DNA of 64,000 nt from an uncultured Pseudobdellovibrionaceae bacterium (GTDB lineage Bacteria > Bdellovibrionota > Bdellovibrionia > Bdellovibrionales > UBA1609), in assembly GCA_964502735.1 (NCBI GenBank), contig CAZCYD010000005.1, forward strand, positions 54,632 to 118,631. Reading direction: 5' to 3'. Shown piece by piece: positions 38,792 through 48,054 of this stretch. How positions within the stretch are numbered: position 1 is the stretch's first letter; each line of letters starts with the position of its first letter. The notes beneath the pieces were generated by a model. That model worked only from the letters and a program-made list of their open reading frames with translations, was not told the DNA's origin and did no database searches. A program made the translations under genes and the position numbers.

Positions 38792-39346
38792 ATGAAACCT
38801 GTATTGTTGATTTTGTTTGTATGGAGTGTCTCAATAAATTCATTAGCTCAAAGAAACACGACTCCAAGTGAAAGAGAAAGCATAAGTCGATTGGAAAGGA
38901 CAATTAATCGTTTACAGCAGCGAGTTGCCCAGATGGATTCTAGACTCAGTAACATTGAGAACTATCTAGACAATAATGGCTCCGCTCCGCCTAAAAAAAT
39001 TATTCACGCTTGCATGGTGGTTGATTCCAATACAAAAAGAGTTTTTTTTGAAACCGCAAATACCAAAATAGATGCTGAATTTAAGTCTAAAGAATTGTGT
39101 GGTAAGTCTGTTTACCGCGGTGATTGCACAGGTCAGGATAGCCAGCATCTCAAGTGCGACTCAAATATCTATATCAGAGGAAGTTCTGTCGTTTGCATTA
39201 TGAGTGACGGAAACACAAAACGAGTTTTTAGGGGAACGGGGGAGACGGCAGTTCTAGCCGAGGCAAATGCTAAAACTGCCTGTCAGAAAAGTGTCTACTC
39301 TGGATACTGTGGTTTACAGCCCGTGCAATGTGAAGAGGCTTATTAA
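38792..39346 (+). CDS. secreted protein with an N-terminal coiled coil and an internally duplicated 4-Cys module
   Basis: Signal peptide. Duplicated pattern C..(V/S)D(S/G)NTKRVF...C.KSVY.G.C....C. Confidence 0.55.
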   Translation: MKPVLLILFVWSVSINSLAQRNTTPSERESISRLERTINRLQQRVAQMDSRLSNIENYLDNNGSAPPKKIIHACMVVDSNTKRVFFETANTKIDAEFKSKELCGKSVYRGDCTGQDSQHLKCDSNIYIRGSSVVCIMSDGNTKRVFRGTGETAVLAEANAKTACQKSVYSGYCGLQPVQCEEAY

Positions 39347-39358
39347 AGAAGAGGTCTA

Positions 39359-40161
39359 TTAAATTTGTTTACTAGATAAGTTTTTTCTCGGAGATCTACC
39401 AGATTCTTTAGTTGCAATTCCCACTCTAAAACCTAAGGTGATCTGCTTGAGATCAACTGATAGCCTATCAACGAGTATTCTATGGGCCTTGACTAGCCTA
39501 TGCCGATCTTGGGTGGAAAAAATGTCTGCTCGAAGGTTTGTATTAAAACTCCAAAATATTAGTGAATTGCAGATGGGTTGAAAGGAATAGTTCATAGAGT
39601 TAACTGATACCCAAATTTCTTGAAAACACTTGCCCAAATCGATTAGGGATTTAGGGGAATTTTCTACAGATTGGATAAAGTAAAATGCCCCGGAATTAAT
39701 AATGGATGTTTTAACAATCTTCTTAGCAATTGCGGCAGAAAGAAATTGAGAAAATAATGATCGGAGGAATCTATTTTTTTTATTAAATATATAAAGAAAG
39801 ATTCAATCACAGAAAGTCCGAGCTGATTTATAGGGATCCCACATTGTTCTGCATAGGATTCCTTTTGGGTTTTGATTTCATGCAAAAGATCATTAAGAAA
39901 TAAGAGATTTGAACATCTAACGATCTCAAGATATTGGTAACTTTCAATGACATGATTTAGAGAGTTTTGGCAATTTATAACTCTTACTTTTGGGTGTTTT
40001 TTTATTTTTTCTTCTATCAAATGATGGAGATTGAGCGATATGTCCTCTTTTTTAAAAGGGAATCTATTTGTATGTCTTTTTAAGATATCATTGAGTTTGT
40101 ATTTAGTAATGCAATTACTAGTTCTAATAAATGTAAGGTGAATTGTAGTATTCCAATACAA
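39359..40161 (-). pseudogene. possible frameshifted nitroreductase-like (Acg-type) gene
   Basis: Two minus-strand ORFs (39664-40161 and 39359-39637) lie in different frames. The downstream frame stays open upstream across the junction around a C4/G4 run at 39687-39690. Motifs RHTNRFPF, GIP..QLG, ..W.S.NSMNYSFQP and a C-terminal LGF.VG...... tail look nitroreductase-like. Confidence 0.3.
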
Positions 40162-40857
40162 TTCACCTTTGACTCCCGGATTAACATATTGAGGCTGTCT
40201 CAGCCTAAACTAGAGGATGTCTTTGAGTTAATTGATAGTCGGCCATATATTCTGACAGGGTGGATTTCTCAGTTTGTTGATTGTAAAAAAATTCTATCTA
40301 TGAAATCTGAGTTTCAAAAATTTGAGAGAGCGTTAGCTGTTGTTAGTAATGAACCTTTAAGTGGATTTGTAAATGCTGCACTTCAGTTGCAGGAATACAT
40401 GGATTCACCCACACATTCAAATGATATTCTTCTCGATCATGTAGCATGTTCAGAATCAGAACTTAATCGCATACTTTCTATTTTGCAGAAGAATCGAATT
40501 ATTGAGTTTAATGGGAAGAAATACTATCCAAAATTTCAGAGTTTGAGCTTTTCACTCCTGCCAAATAAAAATCTAAGGCCTCTTTATCAGCATGTTCACA
40601 GTTTTATAGATTCTCGATTTAAGTCCTCACCAGCAAATTCTTATCCTGAGTCTAATAAAAAAACGATCAATTTCTCCATGGCTTCAGTGAGAATAGCCCC
40701 TCTGTCAAAAAGAGCTTCAAAGAAGGCCGCCGAGCTTGTATCGAAATTTCATCACGAAATGGGAAAGATTGTAGAAGAGGACTCGGAGCCCAAAACTAAC
40801 GTACAAGTTGTTCTTATACACAGCGTACCTACAAGTATTAATTTGCCGTCTAGATAA
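40138..40857 (+). CDS. hypothetical protein (possible winged-helix segment)
   Basis: ORF only, with an uncertain GTG start. LNRILSILQKNRIIEFNGKKYY looks wHTH-like. Confidence 0.35.
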   Translation: MNCSIPIQFTFDSRINILRLSQPKLEDVFELIDSRPYILTGWISQFVDCKKILSMKSEFQKFERALAVVSNEPLSGFVNAALQLQEYMDSPTHSNDILLDHVACSESELNRILSILQKNRIIEFNGKKYYPKFQSLSFSLLPNKNLRPLYQHVHSFIDSRFKSSPANSYPESNKKTINFSMASVRIAPLSKRASKKAAELVSKFHHEMGKIVEEDSEPKTNVQVVLIHSVPTSINLPSR

Positions 40858-41063
40858 TTAGAGATTCAAAAATAGGGGTGAGAGTGTTGCAAGTGACTAG
40901 ACTCATTTTTAGTCTTAATAAACAAAAGTCTTACGGAGAAAAGTCAGGTCATTACGGACTATAAACCTAAGACCAAGGACGTAAAGTCCTAGACGTATAT
41001 CATATTTTACAAAACTTAGGTCCAGAAGTCCCTAGACTTATGCCTATATTTTCAAGACGCGAC

Positions 41064-41090
41064 TAAAGACTTTTCCAGACTAGCCGTTAG
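41064..41090 (+). promoter_or_regulatory. sigma-28 promoter, flagellin 4
   Basis: TAAAGACT-N11-GCCGTTAG. Confidence 0.65.
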
Positions 41091-41195
41091 AAAGGCATGT
41101 GAGGCAACAAATCAAACTTTAGTTTTAAGACTAAGGTTGAGGTTTTAAGCAAGAGTAGGTTCCTTTCTTAGAACTTCTTAACAAAGGAGGACCCC

Positions 41196-42029
41196 ATGGG
41201 TTTAACAGTTACTACGAATACAGCGTCAATTAATGCACAACAAAACCTTAATAGAACACAAAGAGAAATAGATAAATCTTATGCCCAATTGGCTTCAGGT
41301 AGTCGTATTACAAAAGCGGCTGACGATGCGGCAGGACTGTCAATCAGTGAAACTTTACAATCCACAATTCGTGGATATTCGCAGGCACAACGAAATGCGA
41401 ACGATGGTATTTCTATGGTTCAGGTTGCAGAAGGTGGGTTGGGAGAAATTTCTAATATTTTAACAAGGCTTAGAGAGCTTGGTGTGCAAGCTGCATCTGA
41501 TACAGTTGGAGATGTTGAACGGGGTTATATTAATAAAGAAGTTTCAAATCTTTTATCTGAAGTAGATCGTATTGCTATGTCTACAAGATATGGCAAAACA
41601 AATCTTCTGGATGGAAGTGGAGAAGAATATTCCTTTCAGATTGACATTAATAATGATGACTTTGTTGATCGAATAGGATTTGATGCCAGTCAACAGGCGG
41701 CAAAGACCAGTGATCTTGGCATTGATAGTTTTGATTTTTCTGATAAGGGCGATGCTCAAGAGGCCCTAGAGGTGCTTGAAGAAGCCCAAAAAACAGTGAA
41801 TGGATTTCGAGCCAACTTGGGAGCTGTTCAGAATAGGTTAATTTCTACCAGTGAAAATTTAGGTGTGGCTATAGAAAACTTTAGTTCAGCGAATTCCAGA
41901 ATAAGGGATACTGATGTTGCGCAGTCTTCTTCGGAAGTGACCCGCAATAATATTCTGATGAATGCTTCAATTGGTGTATTATCTCAAGCCAATCAAACAC
42001 CTGCTGCGGCATTGAAGCTTATCGGTTAA
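41196..42029 (+). CDS. fliC: flagellin (paralog 4)
   Basis: Canonical flagellin N and C termini. Near-identical blocks with paralogs 3 and 5. Confidence 0.95.
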   Translation: MGLTVTTNTASINAQQNLNRTQREIDKSYAQLASGSRITKAADDAAGLSISETLQSTIRGYSQAQRNANDGISMVQVAEGGLGEISNILTRLRELGVQAASDTVGDVERGYINKEVSNLLSEVDRIAMSTRYGKTNLLDGSGEEYSFQIDINNDDFVDRIGFDASQQAAKTSDLGIDSFDFSDKGDAQEALEVLEEAQKTVNGFRANLGAVQNRLISTSENLGVAIENFSSANSRIRDTDVAQSSSEVTRNNILMNASIGVLSQANQTPAAALKLIG

Positions 42030-42128
42030 TTTTAAAATTAAAAGTGGAAAGGTAGTTGTCCTCCACCTTTCCACCCAGATTTTGTTAAGGGAGCAACATA
42101 TCTTAACTTAATCGAAGTAGAACCTAGG

Positions 42129-42158
42129 GGGTGGGTGTATAAACACTCACCCTTTTTA
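42129..42158 (+). terminator. intrinsic terminator after flagellin 4
   Basis: GGGTGGGTG/CACTCACCC stem (one G-U pair) followed by TTTTT. An additional hairpin lies at 42044-42074. Confidence 0.6.
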
Positions 42159-42339
42159 TAGGTTATAATAAGTGTTGCGAAAACAAGACTCCTAAAAAGT
42201 CGGGTACCCAGTACCATTGTATAGAGTATCTAGACTAATAAATTAAGACTTTGTATGTATTTGATATGATCTTTGTCCTGAACTCACCGACGAAAGAACA
42301 GTTCTCACTAGACTAAAAGTGGGATCTCCAAGACTTGAC

Positions 42340-42366
42340 TAAAGACGTCCCAAGACTAGCCGTTAG
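42340..42366 (+). promoter_or_regulatory. sigma-28 promoter, flagellin 5
   Basis: TAAAGACG-N11-GCCGTTAG. Confidence 0.65.
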
Positions 42367-42476
42367 AGAGTTATGTGCAGTAACAGTTTGTAAAACAGAC
42401 TGTATTTTTGTGCAAATTCTAGATTCTCGAAGCAAGTATAAGGTCTAGGAAGTTGTAAAATAGGAGGATAGTCATT

Positions 42477-43310
42477 ATGGCTCTTGTGGTGAGTACAAAT
42501 ATAGCGTCAATTAATGCTCAAAGATCATTGAATCAGTCGCAAAGAGAAATTGATAAATCCTATGCTCAGCTGGCCTCTGGTAGTCGAATTACGAAGGCAG
42601 CAGATGATGCTGCGGGATTGTCGATCAGTGAAACATTAAAATCGACAATTCGTGGATATCAACAGGCCCAAAGGAATACAAACGACGGTATGTCTATGGT
42701 TCAGGTTGCCGAGGGTGGACTTGGTGAAATTTCAAATATTTTAACGAGATTGAGAGAGCTGGGCGTTCAGGCATCTTCCGATACTGTAGGTTCTACAGAA
42801 AGAGAATTTATAAATAAAGAGGTAGTTCAGTTGAAGGAGGAGCTTCAGCGAATTGCTCAGTCAACAAGATTCGGGTCTAGAAACTTACTAGATGGGTCAG
42901 GCGCCGAATATGAGTTCCAAGTTGACATACATAATGATGACTTTCGAGACAGGATTGCATTTGATGCTTCTTTGCAAGAGGCCACTCTTTCATCTTTAGA
43001 CATTGAAGATTTATCTTATGATTCAAAAGTGGGAGCTCAAGAGTCTTTAGAAGTGTTAGATGAAGCTCAGAACAAAGTGAATTCCTACAGGGCTAATTTA
43101 GGTGCTATACAAAATCGTCTAATTTCGACTAGTGAGAATTTAGGTGTGGCTATAGAAAACTTTAGTGCAGCCAATTCACGTATTCGCGATGCGGACATAG
43201 CGAGTTCGTCGGCGGAGGTAACAAGGAACAATATTCTTATGAACGCATCAATTGGAGTTTTGTCTCAAGCCAATAGTAATCCCGCCAGCTCTTTGAAGCT
43301 GTTATCTTAA
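42477..43310 (+). CDS. fliC: flagellin (paralog 5)
   Basis: Canonical flagellin N and C termini. Confidence 0.95.
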   Translation: MALVVSTNIASINAQRSLNQSQREIDKSYAQLASGSRITKAADDAAGLSISETLKSTIRGYQQAQRNTNDGMSMVQVAEGGLGEISNILTRLRELGVQASSDTVGSTEREFINKEVVQLKEELQRIAQSTRFGSRNLLDGSGAEYEFQVDIHNDDFRDRIAFDASLQEATLSSLDIEDLSYDSKVGAQESLEVLDEAQNKVNSYRANLGAIQNRLISTSENLGVAIENFSAANSRIRDADIASSSAEVTRNNILMNASIGVLSQANSNPASSLKLLS

Positions 43311-43466
43311 AATCAAATATTAAAAACCCAATCCGTGGATAAAATGTGTCAATTTTTTCTCAAGGTCTTCAAAAGCGCTGTTAGCACCTTCTTCACCGCT
43401 TTCATCATTCAAGGGTCTTAAGTCTAATTACTCAGTAATCACTTAATTTAAATTATTTATTTACCG

Positions 43467-43859
43467 ATGTTTTTATTGATGAATATAAAGTCACTGGCCT
43501 ATAAAATTACTCCTATTGAGCGCGATTCGCAGGTGAGCGCAATAAATAAGTCCGTGAAATCGGAAAGTTCTAGTGCTGATCGAGATCCAAACGGACAAAG
43601 ACAGAGAGATAAGGATAAGAACGCAAAGGACTTTTTAAACGATGAAGAAATGCAAAATGTGTTAGAGAAACTCAAGAATTTTCCGGGCGTACGTGACAAT
43701 AACCTGACCGTAAAGCTTGTTGTCAATGAGATTGCTCGTTATGTTGTGATTACTGATGCCTTAGGAAAAACAGTTAGAAGAATCCCTGAAAGCGAGCTCT
43801 GGCCTCTTATCCAAGAAAAAGAGAATGACAAAGGCCATTTAATCGACAAGGCGGGATGA
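43467..43859 (+). CDS. flaG: FlaG-family protein
   Basis: C-terminal L.VKLVVNEIARYVVITDALGKTVRRIPESEL matches the FlaG pattern. Lies upstream of fliD. Confidence 0.7.
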   Translation: MFLLMNIKSLAYKITPIERDSQVSAINKSVKSESSSADRDPNGQRQRDKDKNAKDFLNDEEMQNVLEKLKNFPGVRDNNLTVKLVVNEIARYVVITDALGKTVRRIPESELWPLIQEKENDKGHLIDKAG

Positions 43860-44059
43860 ATGTCGAGTTACCTTGTTGGTGTGGGCACCGTGTTTTAAAA
43901 TTGACGGTTTAGAAACTCTTGTCTTTTGTCCGTGACATATTATTGGCTCACGAATGATTTACATAATGAATATAATTAAGAGTATAAGACCTGTAGCGTC
44001 TTTGTGAATTTTGATATTTGAACTAGAAGGGTTCAAGAAACAACCAGGAGGGTTGTAAT

Positions 44060-45436
44060 TTGGCAGCAATTTCATTTGGGGGTCTTAGTTCGGGACTTCC
44101 GCCAAATTTAGTAGATAATTTGATTGAGGCAGAAAGAATGCCCATTCAAAATCTTGAGATTCGTAAAGGCAAAACACAGTCTAAATTAGATCTTGTCAAT
44201 ACTTTATCTGAAAAGGTATCCAAACTTACTGAGTCCATAGGAACATTAGCCTCTACACGTGGGTTTAACGATATAAAATTACTGAGCGGTGATCCAAATA
44301 TTGTTCAAGGAGTGGTCGATCCGGGTTTTGCAATCCCAGGTAGTTACAATATAGAGGTTTTGCAGTTAGCGCAGAAAGCGGCGGCAGTTACAAATGGTTT
44401 TCCAGATCGAGATAGAACTCAGTTAGGTGTAGGTTACTTTAAGTTCGAAACTCCAAGAGGTAGTGTCGACGTTTATATAAATGGATCAAATAATACTCTA
44501 GAGGGTGCCGTTAATGCTATCAATTCAGCAAATGTAGGGGTTAGAGCATCAATAATTAATGATCGCAAAAGCCCAGATGCGCCATTTAAGCTTTTAATCA
44601 CTGGAGACAGTGTAGGCGAAGACAATGAAATAAAGTATCCAACACTTTACTTTTTGGATGGTGATCAAGATTTATATTTTGATCAAGAAATTGAAGCCAA
44701 GAACGGAGTCGTTAAAATTGATGGGTTTGAATTCGAGATTACAGACAATACGGTCAAAGACGTTATTCCTGGTGTGACTTTAGAGTTGAAACAAGCAGCC
44801 CCGGATCGAAATGTAAATGTAACCGTGAAGGAAGACCAAGAGATTGTAGCAGGAAAAGTCAAAGAGTTTGTTGATGGACTCAATGAGGTACTTAAATTTA
44901 TACAATCACAAAGTAAAATGGATGCTAATACAGATACAAGCCGGACACTTGGGGGAGAGGGACTACTTAGATCTCTGGAGAATAGAATTCGTAGTTTAAT
45001 ACAAAATCCTCAAGTCGGTATTAATGGAAAAATAAGAAGCCTTAACCAGCTAGGAGTCACATTTAATAGGTCTGGGACCTTAGATTATGATGCCGACAAA
45101 TTTAATTCGGTTTTAAGTCGAGACCCCCAGGCCGTTCAAAGTTTTTTTGCAGGAGATGGTTTTGCGGTAGGTTTTGTTCCGTCTCTTAAAAATCAAATAC
45201 GAGTGATTATGGACCCTTCAATGGGACCAATTTCACTTAGGAAAAAATCGCTACAGGATCAGATAAAAAGATTAGACGATAATATCGAAAGAAAAGACAA
45301 GCAGCTTCTAAAAAAGGAAGAGTCTTTAAGGAGAAAATTTGCCAAACTCGAGGAAACAATGTCTCGCTTAAAGTCTCAAGGCGGAGCTGTAAATGCGATT
45401 GCTAATGTTGGAATCCCTAACTTTGGTGGAGGATAA
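44060..45436 (+). CDS. fliD: flagellar filament cap FliD
   Basis: TTG start after AGGAGGG. N-terminal ISFGGLSSGL..LI.AE and a C-terminal coiled coil. Confidence 0.9.
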   Translation: MAAISFGGLSSGLPPNLVDNLIEAERMPIQNLEIRKGKTQSKLDLVNTLSEKVSKLTESIGTLASTRGFNDIKLLSGDPNIVQGVVDPGFAIPGSYNIEVLQLAQKAAAVTNGFPDRDRTQLGVGYFKFETPRGSVDVYINGSNNTLEGAVNAINSANVGVRASIINDRKSPDAPFKLLITGDSVGEDNEIKYPTLYFLDGDQDLYFDQEIEAKNGVVKIDGFEFEITDNTVKDVIPGVTLELKQAAPDRNVNVTVKEDQEIVAGKVKEFVDGLNEVLKFIQSQSKMDANTDTSRTLGGEGLLRSLENRIRSLIQNPQVGINGKIRSLNQLGVTFNRSGTLDYDADKFNSVLSRDPQAVQSFFAGDGFAVGFVPSLKNQIRVIMDPSMGPISLRKKSLQDQIKRLDDNIERKDKQLLKKEESLRRKFAKLEETMSRLKSQGGAVNAIANVGIPNFGGG

Positions 45437-45543
45437 AAAATGTTTGGGCATTAAAAGATAATTATTAAAAGATTATAAAGTTAAGAAGAATGAAATCCGA
45501 ATTACATAATTGTAAGTAGAGTTAGTTTTAGAGGAGAAGAAGA

Positions 45544-45936
45544 GTGAGTCATAGCCCTTATCAAAAGTATAAAAAAACATCCGTTGAGAGCGCTAGTCGA
45601 GAGAAACTCTTATTGATGATGTATGAGGGTGCTATACGTTATGTGAAAAGAGCTATGATAGCCGTAGATAAGGGTGATATTGCAGATAGAGGCCAGAACA
45701 TAGGTTGTGCATATGATGTAATAATGGAGCTTAACAACACCTTGAATCATGAAGTTGGTGGTGAGATTGCGAAAAATCTAGAGCAGCTCTACATGTTTAT
45801 GACTGATGAATTGATCAAGGCCAATATTAAGGCTGATAAGGAAAAATTGAATAATGTTTTAAAAATATTAGAGACACTATATGAAGGTTGGTGTCAGGCA
45901 GTAGAAAAATTAAAAAAAGAATCAACAGCAGGGTAA
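45544..45936 (+). CDS. fliS: flagellin chaperone FliS
   Basis: Y.K..VESAS.EKLLLMMYEGAIRY. Confidence 0.9.
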   Translation: MSHSPYQKYKKTSVESASREKLLLMMYEGAIRYVKRAMIAVDKGDIADRGQNIGCAYDVIMELNNTLNHEVGGEIAKNLEQLYMFMTDELIKANIKADKEKLNNVLKILETLYEGWCQAVEKLKKESTAG

Positions 45937-45957
45937 TTAATAGACCAAGGAGGGGAT

Positions 45958-46386
45958 ATGTCCAGCATCGTAGATCTACTTATAGAAAAAAATCATTTTT
46001 TAGATAAATTTCTGAGTCTTAATGAGTCAGAAATTCTGAATTTCATAGATGGAAACTTTGACAATCTTGATAACTTCTATAACTCAAGAGAGAAGATTCT
46101 TGGAATATTGTCTGAAATTGATAGTAAAATAGAAGAGGAAACTATTTTTGAATACGAAGAGTCATTATCTTCTGAATACAAAAAACAAGTCGTAAGAGCT
46201 TTGGACTACAAAAACGAAATTGTAAAAAGAATTTTGGCGCAAGACTTACAAATACTTTCTTTAATAGAAAGTGCAAAGTCTCATATCATTAAAGAGCTTT
46301 CTTCTGTAAAGTCCACCAGAAAGATTTTTAATTCATACAAATCTGGGAAAAATTCAGCACCAGAAAAAATTGACGAAAAGGTCTAG
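45958..46386 (+). CDS. helical acidic protein, possible FliT-like chaperone
   Basis: Assigned only by position after fliS and helical character. Confidence 0.3.
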   Translation: MSSIVDLLIEKNHFLDKFLSLNESEILNFIDGNFDNLDNFYNSREKILGILSEIDSKIEEETIFEYEESLSSEYKKQVVRALDYKNEIVKRILAQDLQILSLIESAKSHIIKELSSVKSTRKIFNSYKSGKNSAPEKIDEKV

Positions 46387-46507
46387 TCTGATTGAGAAAA
46401 ATCGTTGAGGCAAAAGAGTTCTGTCAAATTTATGGCAGAATAGGATTTTAGACAAGTCAAGATGTCGTCAAAATATTTACGAGTTTAAAATTATCAGTCT
46501 TACAAAC

Positions 46508-46522
46508 TGGCATCAATGTTGC
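46508..46522 (+). promoter_or_regulatory. sigma-54 promoter for the TPR/GT9 module
   Basis: TGGCAT-CAATG-TTGC with GG-N10-GC spacing, 28 nt before ATG 46550. Confidence 0.6.
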
Positions 46523-46549
46523 TCATATAGAGTTTGAGAGGGGTAGAGA

Positions 46550-47425
46550 ATGTCAGAATTTGAGACCAATGTCAGAGTGAGATTTCCCTTAAGGGAAAGA
46601 AGTATTCCATCAGAAGAAAATGATAATAAGAAAAAGTGTGATGAGCTAGCCGAGCCTTCTTTTTTATTGAAATCATCTGTAGATCGAAGAAAGTATTTAA
46701 AAGAATTTGATCAAGTCGAGCAAATTGAAGATCCTAAAGATATACAGCAAATATTTGAGTCGGCTGAATTATTTTACTTTCAGGGTTTGGATTCAAAAGC
46801 TTATGAGGCTTATTTAAGATATATAGGTAGTGGTAACTACAACCCTCATAATCTTTTTGTGGCCTATAAAAATATTGGAAATATCAAAATACGATCTGGT
46901 GATCTCGAGGGGGCTGAGGAATACTATCACAAAGCATATACTATAAACCCTGATTCAGACACGCTTCTGGTTAATCTTGGAACTTTGGAAATTCAAAAAA
47001 AGAATTTAGAAAAAGCTTTGGAGCGATATCGAATGGCTGTGGACGTTAATCCTAGAAATTCTAGAGGTTGGATTGGCCTTGCCTTGGCTCATAGAGAATA
47101 TGGAGATATTGACTTGGCATGGGGAAATCTAGAAAGATCTTTAGATATTGAACCTTGTGATGATACAGCTCTTGAACTTCTAGTTCAGTGGGGAATAAAA
47201 GACAGTCGAATCGATATAGCAATTGAAAAATTAAGAAACTATTTAAGCATTAACCCAAATAATATTCATATGCGTTTGGCTTTAATTCATGTCTACATTA
47301 TTGGTGGCCGTCTCAGTGTTGCACGAGGTTTTGTTGAAGAGTCATTGAAGTTAGATCCAAATAATGATGATCTATTGAACATTTTTAATAACTTGAAGAC
47401 TATAACAGCGGAGGAACTGGCTTGA
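46550..47425 (+). CDS. TPR-repeat protein
   Basis: Several 34-aa TPR-like units (AYKNIGNIKIRSGDLEGAEEYYHKAYTINPD; LEKALERYRMAVDVNPRN; GWIGLALAH..GDIDLAW). Confidence 0.75.
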   Translation: MSEFETNVRVRFPLRERSIPSEENDNKKKCDELAEPSFLLKSSVDRRKYLKEFDQVEQIEDPKDIQQIFESAELFYFQGLDSKAYEAYLRYIGSGNYNPHNLFVAYKNIGNIKIRSGDLEGAEEYYHKAYTINPDSDTLLVNLGTLEIQKKNLEKALERYRMAVDVNPRNSRGWIGLALAHREYGDIDLAWGNLERSLDIEPCDDTALELLVQWGIKDSRIDIAIEKLRNYLSINPNNIHMRLALIHVYIIGGRLSVARGFVEESLKLDPNNDDLLNIFNNLKTITAEELA

Positions 47426-48054
47426 TTCAATCCTTTACCTCTAGAACTAATATGCCGATTTTTACATGGAATGAGAAACACTTGTGCTCTAGAGTCGACC
47501 CCGTAGCTGAAGCGAAAGAGTGGGTGTGTAAATATAAGAATCAAATACAATCGTGCTCAGAAGTTATAGTTTTAGGACTAGGATGCGGGTATCATATTTT
47601 GGAAGTTATTAAAGAGTTTAGTGGAAAAAAAGTGACTGTCATTGAGTCTCAACCAGAAATCATCAGCTGGTTTGGTAGGTATTATCCCATGGAGTCTGCT
47701 AGTTTTAAGTGTTTAGTCATTAGGGCAGAAGAGGAGCTGTTGAAGTCCTCAGCTATCCAGAGCTCGATAAAACAGTTTTACACGGTTTTAGCACACAGGC
47801 CGAGTCTTGAAATATTTCCAGAATTAAAGATCTACCATAGGTGGCTCTTGGGAAGAACTTATGATTCGCTTAGTTGGATAACACAATTAAGATCAGAAAA
47901 AAGTTTATATGATTGGCAATCTCGATCTCTCTACGATTTAAATAAAGATGGGTTAACAATTATGGACTTAGAATTCAAAGATGAAAGCGGACGTGCAAAT
48001 TGTCTGAGTGATATTCAACAGAAAATTTTAGCCTTGAGAGAACTTATTGCATGA
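47422..48054 (+). CDS. small Rossmann-like protein; resembles my recollection of the N-terminal region of Maf-type flagellin glycosyltransferases
   Basis: L.SRVDPVAEAKEWV then VIVLGLGCGYHILEV...KKVTVIES.PE. TTG overlaps the upstream stop. Confidence 0.35.
   Translation: MIQSFTSRTNMPIFTWNEKHLCSRVDPVAEAKEWVCKYKNQIQSCSEVIVLGLGCGYHILEVIKEFSGKKVTVIESQPEIISWFGRYYPMESASFKCLVIRAEEELLKSSAIQSSIKQFYTVLAHRPSLEIFPELKIYHRWLLGRTYDSLSWITQLRSEKSLYDWQSRSLYDLNKDGLTIMDLEFKDESGRANCLSDIQQKILALRELIA

Noticed and set aside
37718-41195. Mobile element or prophage remnant explaining the accessory block between flagellins 3 and 4
   Set aside because: No integrase, transposase, terminal inverted repeats or att-like duplications could be identified. 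There are only small unknown ORFs and a possible pseudogene.
43440-43470. Sigma-28 -10-like ACCGATGT before flaG
   Set aside because: The CCGATG includes the flaG ATG itself and there is no acceptable -35. It looks coincidental.
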